Source: Octopus vulgaris (taxonomy: Eukaryota). From it: a stretch of 64,000 bases of DNA. Under the pieces are notes generated by a model. It was not told where the DNA came from and did no database searches. It saw only the letters and a program-made list of their open reading frames with translations. Positions within the stretch are counted from its first letter, which is position 1. Each line of letters opens with the position of its first letter. Shown piece after piece: positions 1 through 13,504 of the stretch. The stretch spans positions 36,890,001-36,954,000 of the forward strand of contig OX597815.1 of assembly GCA_951406725.2 (NCBI GenBank), in the 5' to 3' direction. The translations under genes and the position numbers were made by a program.

Positions 1-400
1 TAGACTAAAATAATGATGTGTATATGATTTATAATGTATACGTCGATGTAAAATAGAACACAAACTTAAGTTCTAAAATAGCAAAAACTCTTTCTTAATC
101 CTTTAGTGGTTAATGCAAGAGTTTACCATCAATATTTAACTTGCATTACATAACTGATGTCATTGAAAGCTATTAGTTTAAACTCCCACCTATTATCATT
201 TCTTTAATCTTACTAAATCTCTATCTTACTAAAAATGGGCAGTGGAGAGGTTTCTGAACAATCAATTATCCCATGTAATTAATTAAAAGTCAAAGAAATG
301 AAAGAATACAAGATTATGATAAAATCAAACATCTATGTTCTTCAAGTGAAAGAAATTTGTAATTTATGTACAACAAAGAGAATTAAGTTAAATTTCTTAC

Positions 401-539
401 CATAAGCTGAAGGAAATTCTGAAAGGCTTATTTCCTTATTGCTTTGAAGTTTTAAAACTTTCAATAGATCTGCTGTAAACCGACGTATTTGCGCTTTGTG
501 GCTTAGTGTAAGTACTCGCTTTTCACCATTTCCAAGGAT
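401..539 (-). CDS. MARF1: MARF1 coding exon (LOTUS domain region); gene continues beyond the left edge
   Basis: Bounded by tttattag acceptor and gtaag donor. Translates ILGNGEKRVLTLSHKAQIRRFTADLLKVLKLQSNKEISLSEFPSAY, matching the MARF1 motif ILG..KR.LTL.H.AQ..RFT.DLLK.LK. Starts in phase 0, matching the upstream exon. Confidence 0.93.
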
Positions 540-643
540 CTAATAAATGTTACCAATATTTAACATGGCATTATTAAAGAATAAGAGAAAATAGGAAAAC
601 TTTCACCACCCCAAATGAAAGTACAAAAAAAAGTAAACAAAAA

Positions 644-1036
644 GGCGCAGGAGTGGCTGTGTGGTAAGTAGCTTGTTTCCCAACCACTTGGTTCCAGGTT
701 CAGTCCCACTGCGTGGCACCTTGGACAAGTGTCTTCTACTATAGCCTCGGGCCGACCAAAGCCTTGTGAGTGGAATTGGTAGACGGAAACTGAAAGAAGC
801 GCGTCGTATATATGTATATATATGCGTGTGTGTGTTTGAGTGTGTTTGTCCCCCTAGCATTGCTTGACAACCGATGCTGGTGTGTTTATGTCCCCATTAC
901 TTAGCGGTTCGGCAAAAGAGACCGATAGAATAAGTACTGGGCTTACAAAAGAATAAGCCCCGGGGTCGAGTTGCTCGATTAAAGGCAGTGCTCCAGCATG
1001 GCTGCAGTGAAATGACTGAAACAAGTAAAGGAGAAA
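644..1036 (+). mobile_element. tRNA-derived SINE, family A (octopus OR-like), filling most of a MARF1 intron
   Basis: A/B-box-like head (GTGGCTGTGTGGTAAG...GGTTCAGTCCC) and conserved body. Near-identical copies at 13096-13504 (-), 43855-44195 and 44894-45297. Confidence 0.85.
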
Positions 1037-1067
1037 AGAGAAAGAAAGATCTTTTCAAGATACTAAC

Positions 1068-1297
1068 CTGTACAACGTGAGGAATGGCCTCCAAAAGTTC
1101 CACTAATTTTGTATAGCCGTAGTCAGCTACTCGGCATTGTCGACCAAAATGGTGGTGATATTCTGGAATAAATTTACTGAAAGGTACCTGGCAGTTTGGT
1201 GCATGTTTAAGCAGATCTACCACTTCTCTACTGATCTGATTAAGTTGTTGTGTAAAAGAGGAATTATTCGGAGGTGTATAAGTACATTCAGCCATAT
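1068..1297 (-). CDS. MARF1: MARF1 coding exon (LOTUS/OST-HTH domain)
   Basis: Encodes [56 protein letters not shown], the characteristic MARF1 LOTUS signature. tacag acceptor, gttag donor, 230 nt, phases fit both neighbours. Confidence 0.95.
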
Positions 1298-2331
1298 CTG
1301 TATTGAAATCAATATCTTTATTAGAAAACATTCCAATTAAAAATTTTACATCTCTAACAACAATGTTTATATAAAATTCAAATATTATGCATCAAGTAAA
1401 TGATATTCCATTCAACATTAGTAAATGATATCATAGATGGGAACAATCAGAAAAGTACTTCCAATATCAGTAATAAGCTTAAAAAACAAAAATATTTTTT
1501 CCCAGTATTGAGAGATGTAAAACATTTGGCAACCTGCTACCTAAAAAGAAAAGCTGGATGATCCAGTCCTTGATGGATTTGATATGACATTTGTATACTG
1601 CATCATATCTATAGATATTTTATTTATTTGAAGCTAACTCTGTATTTAACAAATGTGAAAACATACTTTTACCATGTTTCAATCCATGGATTTAGTTTTT
1701 ATCAGGGATTGTGCACACTTTATACAATTCATGAGTACACTGCTTATAACCCACTGTTAAGTAAACTGGATAGCCTAATTTGAATATATAATGCTTTCTA
1801 AGCAGCAAGTTCAAATATCATTACTGTTGTGATAAATGCTTTGTTTCATTGCCATATTGTACAATATAATTTAACAGATTTTTTTTAACCAACAGTAAAA
1901 GATGGAGTACAATAGCTGACAAAATCCTAATTCAAGGGTTGAAGTATGCTTGGCTATTTCTAGCTTCCCTATCACAAAGAGTTTTGTATATAGAGATATG
2001 TTAACATCCATTCATAAAAAGTGATGGCTAAAAAGTAGATATAGCACAGCAATGAAACAAAAAATGCATCTAAAGTTCAATATCTGAAAAAATAGGGTCA
2101 TCATATCTAGAAATAGCTTTAATAATAGGTCTATCTGATCAGGGTTGCCCAATGGGCTAAACAATGAACTAATTTTGCAATGTATATAATTTGGAATTTG
2201 AAAGAATATTCCACTGTCTAGATTTATATACATTTTCTAATATAGGAAGGGAATGATAATTCAAAATCAAACACTGAAAAAAAACCCCCAAAAAACTAGA
2301 ATTTATGTTCTAAAACTAAATATTGCTTCAT

Positions 2332-2730
2332 AGGCACGGGCATGGTTCTGAGGCTAAGAAGCTTGCCTCCCAAGCATATGATCTTGAGTTCAGTCCCACT
2401 GCATGGCACCTTGAGCAAGAGCCTGCAACTACAAAGCCTTGAGGTTGACCAAAGCCTTGGTAGAAAAACTGATTTAGTAGAAAAACAAAGAAACTAGTGT
2501 GTGTGTGTGGGTCCTTGTCTTGACACTGTGGTTGTAAATGAGCATCACTGTTATACAAGCAATATTGTTAGTTTCCTGTCTTCTGTGAAAAATGTGTCTG
2601 GCTACAGAAAAAAATATTACTTTGTTTAGAAGCAGGTGTGAATGACAGAAAGGGCATCCAACCACAGAAAATGTCTCAACAAATTCTGTCTGACCCATGC
2701 AAGCATGGAACAGTAGGTGTTAAATGAAGA
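2332..2730 (+). mobile_element. Older SINE with a family A head and a different tail
   Basis: Degenerate tRNA-like head and body. Related copies at about 8430-8790, 20310-20700 and 36730-37080. Confidence 0.65.
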
Positions 2731-3437
2731 AATGGAATATGAAGCATTTAATACACTACATCTTATAGATTAACCAACATTTCTCTACTGGTTGACAGTC
2801 TATATTTTATTATAGATGATGTTCTATTTTTGGACAAGAAACTTTTCTCAAAGCTGAGTGCACACCTAGCCAAATCATTGAAAGCTGCAGTTCACAACAG
2901 TATGTGTGAGACAGAGAGGTTTCATTAACATGCAAGTGTGAGTTGCAATATTCTTATGATGTAACCTAATACATCCTATTTAGAGACTCAGAGGACTTTT
3001 AGTTCAGCTTTACTATACAGAACACCTTTCAGAGACAGGTAACATAAATAACTAGGTAAATACCCAATTGAAGGACAATTTGATTCAATAAACTCCAACT
3101 TGTTAGACTCACAATCGTTCCTTCAATAGTCCAGGCATTTTCTCCCACCTGAGTTACTGTTCTTTAGTCCTAGGCCAGCTCTAACCGAGCAGACTATTAT
3201 CAAAGGTAATCAAGCCAAGATTTTTTTTCAGGCATAGTGTACCTACAACTACAAAATCCATTATCTCCTTTCCATGTGTTATACGAGTGAGATTTGGCTG
3301 CTATGTCTAGCTGGTCAAATAGCTTTGTTGTAAGACTGACTCTAGGTACATGTTTAGTCTATAGAGCTTCGAAATCCTGTAGAAAAATTAAAATTCTGAA
3401 AATAATGGAGAGATGAGAAACAAAGATCTTGATTTAC

Positions 3438-3631
3438 CATTGGTGTTTGAATTGTGGCTTGATAAAACAAATTGATTTGACTTGCTCTCTACATATTGAA
3501 TCTTCTTCACTCCCAATTTTCCACTCGAAATTTTGATACCAGGTATTGTACTAATTAGATGTTCCAAGTTCACACCATCATTATTAAAAATCTCAAGAGG
3601 GTGAATTTCCAAAGAATAACAAACTGGGAAA
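3438..3631 (-). CDS. MARF1: MARF1 coding exon (C-terminal half of a LOTUS domain)
   Basis: FPVCYSLEIHPLEIFNNDGVNLEHLISTIPGIKI resembles MARF1 FP.CY..E.....GV.LEH.I..VPGV.I. ttttcag acceptor, gtaaat donor, 194 nt, phases 2/1 consistent. Confidence 0.92.
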
Positions 3632-4600
3632 CTGAAAAGAAAGAAATGTTAAATTTGTAATCTTTGAAATGCAAAAGACAAAAAAAATCTTTAATATTAA
3701 AATATTACAAATCATAACCAACTGTTAGAAAATTGTTTCATGCAATTTAATGAAAAAATACTGATTATATGTAGCCACCTGATAAAAATCTTATTTCAGC
3801 TGATTTGGCAAGAGGAAGCCCTAAATTAGAAAACTGGTATTTTGCCAAAAACGATTTTACCAAACCTGATTAGTAATTGGGGGGACAAATTATTTAAAAA
3901 GTCAAATCTAATACTGAGATTCATCAGAAGACGCATTACAAATGCATCCAACATGAATTAGAACAGAAGGATAATAAAATAATTAGTTTAAAGTTATAAA
4001 TTAATGATAAAGTAATGAACAAGTGAGGCAGTAAGTGAAAAATACGTTCCTTATGCTTTATTTGATAGTGAATTTCAGTTCTAGTTGTATTTAAAATGTC
4101 CACTTTTACAGCAGTGACCATGTTTAAGATACTGTGTGTATACTGAGGGAGAGCCAGGATATTGTGTGTACATTGTAGGTGAACTAGGATATCATTCTTA
4201 TTGAATGAAAGCAGAACTATCAGTTATATCTTCATCATTGTATCTAAAGATAAATTTACGTCTATATAATTAAAATTACAGTTTCTAAAGTGCAATTTAA
4301 GTACTTGGCTACTGTTTGCAGTGTTATTGTTAACAGGGTGATTGCTCTTTGGCCAATATTTGACTTTTGAATTCTGTGAAGGTAGAAAAGTAATACCCAC
4401 GTCTTTCCTAAAGGAAATAAAATGGCTGACTAAGAACTCTGGTTTTTAATTCCCAGTATTCAATTCTTCTTTCTTGTCTTGAGACAGCATTCACTCGGGG
4501 TGGGTTGAGCTAGCTTCATTCATCCTCAATGCTGCATCTCTCACAAACGCTGACCAGACCTGGTTTGTTTTGTTCACTCAAAATTAATTTATACAAAGAT

Positions 4601-4910
4601 CCGTGCCGGTGGCACGTAAAAAGCACCATCTGATTGTGGCCGTTTGCCAGCCTCGTCTGGCCCCCATGCCGGTGGCACATAAAAAGCACCATCTGATCGT
4701 GGCCGTTTGCCAGCCTCGTCTAGCACCTGTGCACGCGGCACGTAAAAAGCACCCACTACACTCATTGAGTGGTTGGCGTTAGGAAGGGCATCCAGCTGTA
4801 GAAACACTGCCAGATCAGACTGGGCCTGGCGCAGCCTTTTGGCTTCCCAGACCCCTGTTGAACAGTCCAACCCATGCTAGCATGGAAAATGGATGTTAAA
4901 TGATGATGAT
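4601..4910 (+). mobile_element. SINE-like repeat, family B, with internal tandem units and a (GAT)n tail
   Basis: Repeated GTGCCGGTGGCACGTAAAAAGCACC units and a shared 3' body. Other copies at 12030-12243 (-), 21422-21580 (-) and 54716-55079 (+). Confidence 0.8.
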
Positions 4911-5605
4911 CTGACACACAAAGTAGCAAATCAAACAGCATAGATATTCCTGTCAGAAGCACATAATTATAACTATACTCATAATGTTGTGAATGTTTAT
5001 CATGACAGGCAACCTACTGGAATATTTTTATAATGTTTATGTCTCAAGATTTCTCTGGCTACCAGTGTTTGCTATGAATCAAAACTTGCCTCAGAATTCC
5101 AATTTGGATGTTAAGTATTGGTTCAAGAAACTATCAGGTTTCAGGAATATGGAAGGAAAGCAATTACAATGAATAAAATCTTTAAACTAGATAATATCAA
5201 TATTTGCATATTACTGGTACTTACTGGCTACATAAGGAAATAAGAGACTAAGTTAATCTTGGTGAAACTTTGAATACTTAAGAGTGCTCTAGCTACTGAT
5301 TTACAATGCCTGCTAATTCCACTTGACAGTTTTATATACAATGAAGAGAGTATAAGCCAGGGTACTGAACAACAGAAGAGTACAAAGTAGCTAAACACCA
5401 GGAGTATTTGATTATGGAAATATGAAAATAAGGAATTTAGTCTGGTGCTCAGATTTTTTCAAAATTCATGACTATCCATAATAGTTTGTAATTTTTAGCA
5501 GAAGGCCAAATAATTTAAGAAGCATTGTCAAATAAATCAATTCTAATATATGGCTGGTATCTACCTTAATCAACAATAGAAGTGACAGGCACTGATTTCA
5601 ATACC

Positions 5606-6023
5606 TATTTCTTTACTACCCACAAGGGGCTAAACACAGAGGGGACAAATAAGGACAGACAAAGGGATTAAGTCGATTACATCGACCCCCAGTGCGTAAC
5701 TGGTACTTAATTTATCGACCCCGAAAGGATGAAAGGCAAAGTCGACCTCGGCGGAATTTGAACTCAGAACATAATGTCAGACGAAATACCTATTTCTTTA
5801 TTGCCCACAAGGGGCTAAACACAGAGGGGACAAACAAGGACAGACGTAGGTATTAAGTCGATTACATCGACCCCAGTGCGTAACTGGTACTTAATTTATC
5901 GACCCCGAAAGGATGAAAGGCAAAGTCGACCTCGGCAGAATTTAAACTCAGAACGTAACGGCAGACGAAATACTGCAAAGCATTTCGCCCAACGTGCTAA
6001 CGTTTCTGCCAGCTTGCTGCCTA
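5606..6023 (-). mobile_element. SINE family C, nested dimer with 12-bp TSD
   Basis: Two tandem bodies, each ending CCTTGTGGG(C/T)A(A/G)TAAAGAAATA. Flanked by the direct repeat GATTTCAATACC at 5594-5605 and 6024-6035. Confidence 0.85.
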
Positions 6024-6174
6024 GATTTCAATACCATAGTTTAGCAATAACGTTAATGCATCAGTCCAGATATGGGAAATAACTAGCACAAAACTATGAC
6101 AACAAATGAGAAGAAACTAGGTAGAAATGTGTCTATAGTAAGAACTGCAAGAGATCTAGAAAAAAGGAAATATT

Positions 6175-6420
6175 AGTATGTATCTGTTGGTCTCAAGAGA
6201 CCATGGATCTGCACCCCCAAAAATCATGTCAGCTGTTGATGGTGGTGCAGTATCTACTGTGGCTGTAGAGGCCCACATGGGAGTTGTCAAACATACAGTG
6301 ACTTCATATGAAGGAGCTCTTTACTGGCACTACTGGTTTTTCTTTCTGTTGAGTGCACTTTCCTTTGGTGCCAAGTTCCTGTTTCTCTTCTCCCTGCTAA
6401 TTAATGCCTGACAAGTTAAT
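6175..6420 (-). mobile_element. Decayed 3' end of an RTE-clade LINE
   Basis: Minus strand encodes SHVGLYSHSRYC, resembling the RTE C-terminal S.IGL.SH.R motif. Confidence 0.5.
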
Positions 6421-7666
6421 GACCTTAAAATGGTAAAAGGTCGATGCCTTGGCAAGAAAAAAAAAAAAAAAAAGTCTTATAAATGCTCAAGGGACAGACA
6501 TGTAAACAAGAATTGATCAGGTGATCACATATCCTTTACTAAATGTTTAAGAAAAGATTATATAAAAAAAAAGTAAAGTTGCTGAAAGAAACAAAATTAT
6601 AACACTTCAGTCTTAACCGAGATGAAAATTTAAATGCTTAATGAGAATCCATTACTGAAGTGACAGTCACAATTACAAAGATTTGTTATTAACGAATGAC
6701 TGCTTTGGTGATGACATCAAAGCGACAAAGGCAAATTACACAATGCACTTAGAACTGGCAGATGTATAGAAAGACTGCTTCTATGAGACCTGTAGACCAT
6801 GCTCATAACAAATAATAGTGACCTCATTATTGTAGTAGGTAGGTAAGTTAGATAACACTGCAATGGCTTCTTTGGGGTTCACGTGGGATATTGTTATGGT
6901 ATACAGAATAAGGGTTGTGGTTAAAGTTCATTGAGTTTTTTTGTGATGTGCATGACAACTTGCAACTTTAGGAAACCAGTTTGCAAGGAAAGTGGCTATA
7001 AAACAACAACGATGACATATGATAAAAATACATACACACATATATATATATGTATAGAGAGAGAGATTGGAGAGTTAAGGCAAAGTACAATTTCAGTCAG
7101 CTTGTAGATTTAACTTCGGTAATTACTACCAGAATATGATATGCCGAATATTTAAGGGCAGCCTATCCAAACGTCTGGTTTCTTATAAGAATTTTTACAC
7201 AGAAGTGTAGTATATATATCTTTAAAATAAATGGTGTAGCTATACAAACTAAATACGATATTTGAAAATGATTTCATGTAAAAATGTTGGATACAGGCAG
7301 AATTTTGAACAAGTTTCAGTTTGATATATTTCTTGCCATATATCTTCCACTTACTATCTTGGCAAAAGGCTTTTCAAGTACAACATTTAAGCTGAATAAT
7401 GGCAGTTAGAAATATGGACCAACAAATTTTGTTCTGATAACACTGAACAGATAAGATAGATGTGGTGATGACAATTCTGACAAGGTTTTTTTTCTAAAGC
7501 ATCATTCAAACATTTATTGCTGTCTATTCAGACTTAAGGAAACAACTAGCATAACTTCTATTTCACACTTAGCAAATAATTCTTGCATCAAACATTACTC
7601 AAGCAGTTCTTGTATAATTTCTACCAGCAGGCTGTAGCTACAATCTATTAGTATTCTATCACACAG

Positions 7667-7667
<1 letters not shown>

Positions 7668-7711
<44 letters not shown>

Positions 7712-7778
7712 AAGATATACACACACACACACAAAGATATACACACACACACACAAAGATATACACACACACACAAAG

Positions 7779-7825
<47 letters not shown>

Positions 7826-8009
7826 GATACACACACACACACACACAAAGATACACACACACACACACACACAGACACACACACACAAAGACACACACAC
7901 ACACACAGACACACACACACAAAGACACACACACACAAAGACACACACACACAAAGACACACACACACAAAGATACACACACACACACAAAGATACACAC
8001 ACACACACA

Positions 8010-8048
<39 letters not shown>

Positions 8049-8229
8049 GATACACACACACACACACACACAAAGATACACACACACACAAAGACACACA
8101 CACACACACACACAAAGATACACACACACAAAGATACAGAGAGAGAGAGAGAGAGAGAGAGATACACATATATATATACACAGATACACATATCTATCTA
8201 TACATATATCTATACACATACAGACACAC

Positions 8230-8271
<42 letters not shown>

Positions 8272-8370
8272 GTGTGTGTGTGTGTGTATATATACATATA
8301 TATATATAACACTGAACAGATAAGATAGATATAGTGATGACAATTCTGACACACACACACCTACACACAC
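7668..8370. repeat. Compound microsatellite (TA)n/(CA)n with AAAGA(T/C) interruptions and (GA)n
   Basis: Directly visible. Explains the spurious CV-rich and HT-rich ORFs. Confidence 0.97.
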
Positions 8371-8919
8371 ATCTATACATATATCAAATGATGCCTACAA
8401 TTGGTTGACTGTACTATTTGAATTTATTAACCAAGCTCAGTACAGGCTATAGTAGCAGACATTTGTGCAAGGTGTCATGCAGCAAAACTGAACCATAAAC
8501 CATGTGGTTGAGAATAGTACTGAGCTATACATCCATGCCTGTGGTCGCTTTGAATAAATATCTTTTGTTTTCTATAGTGCCAGGCCAATCAAAGAAACTG
8601 AAAGAGGCCTCTGTGTTTGAGATGGTTGCAAATGAGTATCACCATCATACAAATGGTGTCATTCATTTCCAGTCTTCCATGAAAACATGCCTAGTTATAG
8701 GGAAATATTACATTGCTTGGACTTTGGTGAGGGTGACAAGCATCTGGCTGTGAGAAAATTGTGTCTTGAGAAATTCCTTCTGATCTATGCAAATGATGGA
8801 TTACCACTTCCAAGTTAATTAATAATACTTCAAAAGTAAGAAATTCAGTTTTACTTGTAAGTTAACCTTACTCAATTTGACCAGTTGTTACAATTTTTTT
8901 TTTCTTTTTCTGCCTTTAA

Positions 8920-9432
8920 CCCTCCAACGCAGAGTATAGGCCACATAATTGAATTCTATGTTGCATAATTTTTCGCTTCTATACTTATACTCTGCTATGA
9001 ATGTCTCCCTTTCTCTAGTTCCTTTTGTGTTGATCAACACCATGAGTTCTTAGGCCTACCTATCTTTTTATATCCACCCGGTTTCCACTGTAAAGCACTT
9101 TTCACTACATTTGGTGTGTCTTTTCTAATTGTGCTACCAATCCACTTCTACTTTTTCTTAAATATTTGCTCCCTAATCGAAACTTGGTTTGTTCTTTGCC
9201 ATAGCCCCATATTGCTTATGTGTTCAGGCCATCTGATTTTAAGTATACTACGCAAGCATCTGTTGATGAATGACTGTATTTGCTTATTTGACTTAACTGT
9301 TGTTCGCCATGTCACAGCCCCATACAATAACACCGCTTTTACATTACTGTTCAAAATTCTTATTTTGTTCTTTATTGAAATTACACTTGCGCTCCATACT
9401 TTCTTTAACAGGTGAAAAGATGCCCAGTACAT
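8920..9432 (-). mobile_element. RTE-type LINE ORF 3' fragment
   Basis: KIRILNSNVKAVLLYGAVTW...FINRCLRSILKIRWPEHISN is a typical RTE post-RT region. Confidence 0.85.
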
Positions 9433-10640
9433 GCTGTAAATGTTAGCTTCATTTCTTTCCAGTCTTCAAGTTCTCTGCATTTAAGTTCCAAAACTCATTA
9501 CCATGCAACATTGCAGTTCCAATACAAACATCATACAGTCTACTCTTCACTCTGAAGGAAAAGACTTGTTTCCAGCAGTGGTAGAAGCTCCCTCAACTTT
9601 TCCCAACTTGTTCTTATTCAGGCTGCAATACTTTCTGAACCACCATCTCCCTTGATAATTACACCCATGCAACAAAAAGCTATTCACTAATTCTAGTGAA
9701 CCATCTGGACATTTAAAAGAATATTTCTGGTATGCTCATAGCACATACTACTTCAGTGCATGTCACATCTGCAACTTTGTTATTTTGCTTGAGGTTCTAC
9801 TATATCACCTGTGCTAAATCTTACAATGGGTACAACATATGTAGTTTATACCTACTCCTTTTAAGCATATTGAGCAGAACCCTGATGATATCAGAGTCCT
9901 GTCTTCTGTCCTACTTACTAATACCATAGGCTCTGCTAAGTTTATCTCAAGACATCTTAATTCTTGGTTTAGTTTCCATGATTGAAATTTCCTCTAATTT
10001 TACTCTAAATTTAGCTATGAGAACAAGACTATCAGCATATAGGGGTTCCCATAGACAGCCAATCTGAAACCTGCAGGACTATGATGAAAAAGAGAGTGCT
10101 TTCCTTTGATGGAGTCCTACCTTCATGCTAAATTTGTCACTAATCATTGTCGACTGTTCATTGCATCATTGTACATAGCTTGTACAGCCCTCACAAGCCA
10201 TTTAGTTACAGATTCCTCAATGACCACCAAATACTGAATGTAGTATCCTTTCAAATACCCTCTCCAAGTCAACAAATGCTAGAGATAGTGCTTTACTCTT
10301 AACTTTCTCTTCATGTCCTCAATAGCTTTATCTAACATGCTGCTGTCAGCTTGAATTGCTGGTACCCGAGTAGGATCAGCATGTGGAAGCCCCTCTTTTT
10401 CCAAGGAATTCTCCACATTCAGCAACCTCCCATAAATGCACTTTCATACCACTTTGTCTTCCATATCAATGGCACTTATGCATTTATCATTCTATAAACA
10501 CTTTTCACCCACGATATGTTCCTTCTCACTAACAGTCATGTAATTCTAAACATTTCATGATTCTGAACTTCAGGTTGCAATCACGGGCAAGTCCCTTCCT
10601 TTCTGCCTCATGCCTAACAAAGTATATTCTTCTAGCCATT
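9433..10640 (-). mobile_element. Highly decayed RTE-like LINE RT region
   Basis: Minus strand shows LYADSLV (YADD-like), FVDLERVF and EGLPHADPT remnants with many stops. Borders are approximate. Confidence 0.55.
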
Positions 10641-10888
10641 TGATAACGCTTCCACCCGCAGATAAATATTCAAAGTGGAAGTTCTTATCAATGCAATGAT
10701 ATTGTAGCTTCTGTTTTTAATTCTTGAAACTAGGATGAAAATTAATACATTGTAACATGCCACAACAGTTTACACGTTCTTTTATGTTGGTGGTTAACAA
10801 GATTGACAAAAGTTTATTTTGATACTGAAAGGTTGGAAAACAAAACACCCCCCCCCAAAAAAAAATTCAAGACAAAACAAAAACATAC

Positions 10889-11064
10889 CTCATTAATGGG
10901 ATGCTGCCTCTATGTTTCTCTAATAGAATTTTCAGCTGGGATGCCAGATCAGTGCGTCTAATTTTCACATTTGGGAGAAAGTTACTTGAAAGCGTTTCCA
11001 CTATTTCAGTCATACTTCCAATACAATGGATTGGACAAATAGAAGATTCTAGAGAGTCTTGTAT
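10889..11064 (-). CDS. MARF1: MARF1 coding exon (linker and start of a LOTUS domain)
   Basis: ttttccag acceptor, gtatg donor. Open frame IQDSLESSICPIHC...QLKILLEKHRGSIPLMS, 176 nt, joins the 3631 exon in frame. Confidence 0.88.
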
Positions 11065-11376
11065 CTGGAAAATAAGTTTACAGAAAATTCATAGGCATGT
11101 TAATGAAGACCTATTTAGAATTTAAGAACTATTTCAGTGTGAATGAAAGAAAACTATTTGTGATAAATATTTGTATAATGCATTAATGTGATATAACCCA
11201 TCAATGGGTAATTAGAAGTATTGACCTTAGAAAAAGGAAATGATAATTGTAATATTCATGACTTCTACAAAGTATACTAGCAAATTGTATGAGATGACAG
11301 TTGAAAATGAAGAAAATGCTAGAGATAATAATCTAAGTGTAAGGAACAATTAAGTTAAGAGAAATGTTAACTTCAC

Positions 11377-11509
11377 CTTGGTATCTTCTTTTTGGGATGC
11401 AATAAATGACGCTGTTAAATGAACCATTCTTCCAGCTCCACCTTGCTCTCTAATCTCAAGAATACCTTTCATTTTATACAATTCTGATACAGTGATAGAA
11501 CGGTGATGC
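11377..11509 (-). CDS. MARF1: MARF1 coding exon (first LOTUS domain, second half)
   Basis: HHRSITVSELYKMKGILEIREQGGAGRMVHL matches MARF1 VSDLYK...IREQG.GR.V.L. ttttacag acceptor, gtgaag donor, 133 nt. Confidence 0.92.
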
Positions 11510-13095
11510 CTGTAAAACAAAAAACAAAAATATCTAATGTAAAACAATGTAGAATTCAATTAAGATATGAGAGAAAGGTTGTATTTCATGTTAAAACAGT
11601 TGTGTGATTGGCAAAACAGTAAAATAAAATCATTTCAGATATTTATATTTATAAATAGTTTATTTCAGACTTTCAGAGGGATATTTCTATTTTATTTGTA
11701 CATTATGTTCAAAAAAGGAGTGCAATGCCTATCAACTTTACTAAGAAGCTGGCACCTGTAGAGAAAATATGGGCAAAGAAGGAATTCCAAAAAGTTGCAG
11801 TTCTGGAGGTTGAATGTTTAGTGAGTATTAATTTTTTTAAAGGTGTGTGTGTGTGGGGGGGTGGGGTGCAAGAAGAATCAACTGAACCATTATAAACCAG
11901 TCCAATACCAGTAAAAGAGTCTTTTAGATAAGTGATTTTGATATTGATTTGGATATTAATTTCCAGCACTAAAAGTGACCATATTTGCTCAAAAATAAAG
12001 GATTTCCATTTTAAAATGGCTTTGTTTTATCATCATCATGGTTTAACGTCCGTTTTCCATGCTAGCATGGGCCGGACGGTTCGACCGGGGTCTGGGAAGC
12101 CAGGAGGCTGCACCAGGCACCAGTCCGATCTGGCAGTGTTTCTATAGCTGGATGCCCTTCCTAACACCAACCACTCTGTGAGCGTAGTGGGTGCTTTTTA
12201 CGTGCCACCGGCACAGAGGCCAGTCAAGGTGGCGCTGGCAACAGCAAAAAAAAGAAGTCATCTAAAATTAAGTAACAATAAGATCCTACAATAACTGTTA
12301 CAACTATGAATACAATATTTTCTTAAATTTTCACATATTTGTTAACAACTGAAAATTGTTTACAAATAATTTCAATTATAATTTAGTTAGATTAGGGCTG
12401 TAATAAAACTGGAATCAGTTGTAATATTTCAAACCCAAAGTGATAAATAAAAAAGGCAACTGTAATAGGATTTGAACTTAGAGACAAGAGTATTGAAATG
12501 CATTTAGAGCAAGCATTCTCCTTATTTGGTATTTATTAACTAAAGATTCTTTTTCTAGAGAATGTTCTCCACCTCCATTGAATATTCGTCTAAAATTAAC
12601 ACAGGTGGGAGAGAGTAATAAAGAGGGAGAAAAGATTCTCATAGCCTATTATTTACTGTTATAGTTTGGAGAAAATGAAATTGAAAATTTAATGTAACAA
12701 GATAGCAAAATGAATATTAGCACAACTAAAATTGAGTGAGTGTGAGAAAATTTAAAGAAATGAAAGAGTAGCCTATAGCATTTCCTAATCAATATTAGGA
12801 AATAGTTTCTATCTAAAGTACTCAAGGACTTCCAATTTCACATTCTTTCATACAAATTAAATTACAATCTGTTTTGCCACAACATCAACGAACAATGTAT
12901 TTGATTCAAGAGTATTGAAAGGACACAGAAAATGTTAAAATTATCACTATTATCATGTTTGAAAAAATGTTTTGTAAATTCATTTGTGCCTTAACCATGG
13001 AAAGAAATTAAACTCATTTCCCCAGGTATGACCAACTACAGTTTGAGATACAAATATATCTGCCAAAAAGAAAGTTTCAACTGCTTCAACAAATT

Positions 13096-13307
13096 ACTCT
13101 TTTACTCTTGTTTCAGTCATTACACTGGCCATGCTGGAGCACTGCCTTTAGTTGAACAAATCGACCCCAGGACTTATTCTTTGTAAGCCTATTACTTATT
13201 CTATCAGTTTCTTTTGCCAAACCACTAAGTTACGGGGACGTAAACACACCACCATCAGTTGTCAAGTGATGTTGGGGGTGGGGGCAAACACAGACACAAA
13301 CATATAC

Positions 13308-13347
<40 letters not shown>

Positions 13348-13504
13348 TGACAGGCTTCTTTCAGTTTCCATCTACCAAATCCACTCACAAGGCTTTGGGC
13401 AGCCCGAGGCTATAGTAGAAGACACTTGCCCAAGGTGCCATGCAGTGGGACTGAACCTGGAACTGTGTAGTTGGTAAGCAAGCTACTTACCACACAGCCA
13501 CTCC
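13096..13504 (-). mobile_element. SINE family A copy with internal (TA)n
   Basis: Reverse-complement match to 644-1036. Confidence 0.85.

Noticed and set aside
644-720. tRNA gene
   Set aside because: The A/B-box-like head continues into a SINE body present in many copies; no complete cloverleaf.
7595-8360. Long Cys/Val-rich and His/Thr-rich ORFs (177-233 aa)
   Set aside because: They are translations of a (CA)n/(TA)n microsatellite, open in several frames.
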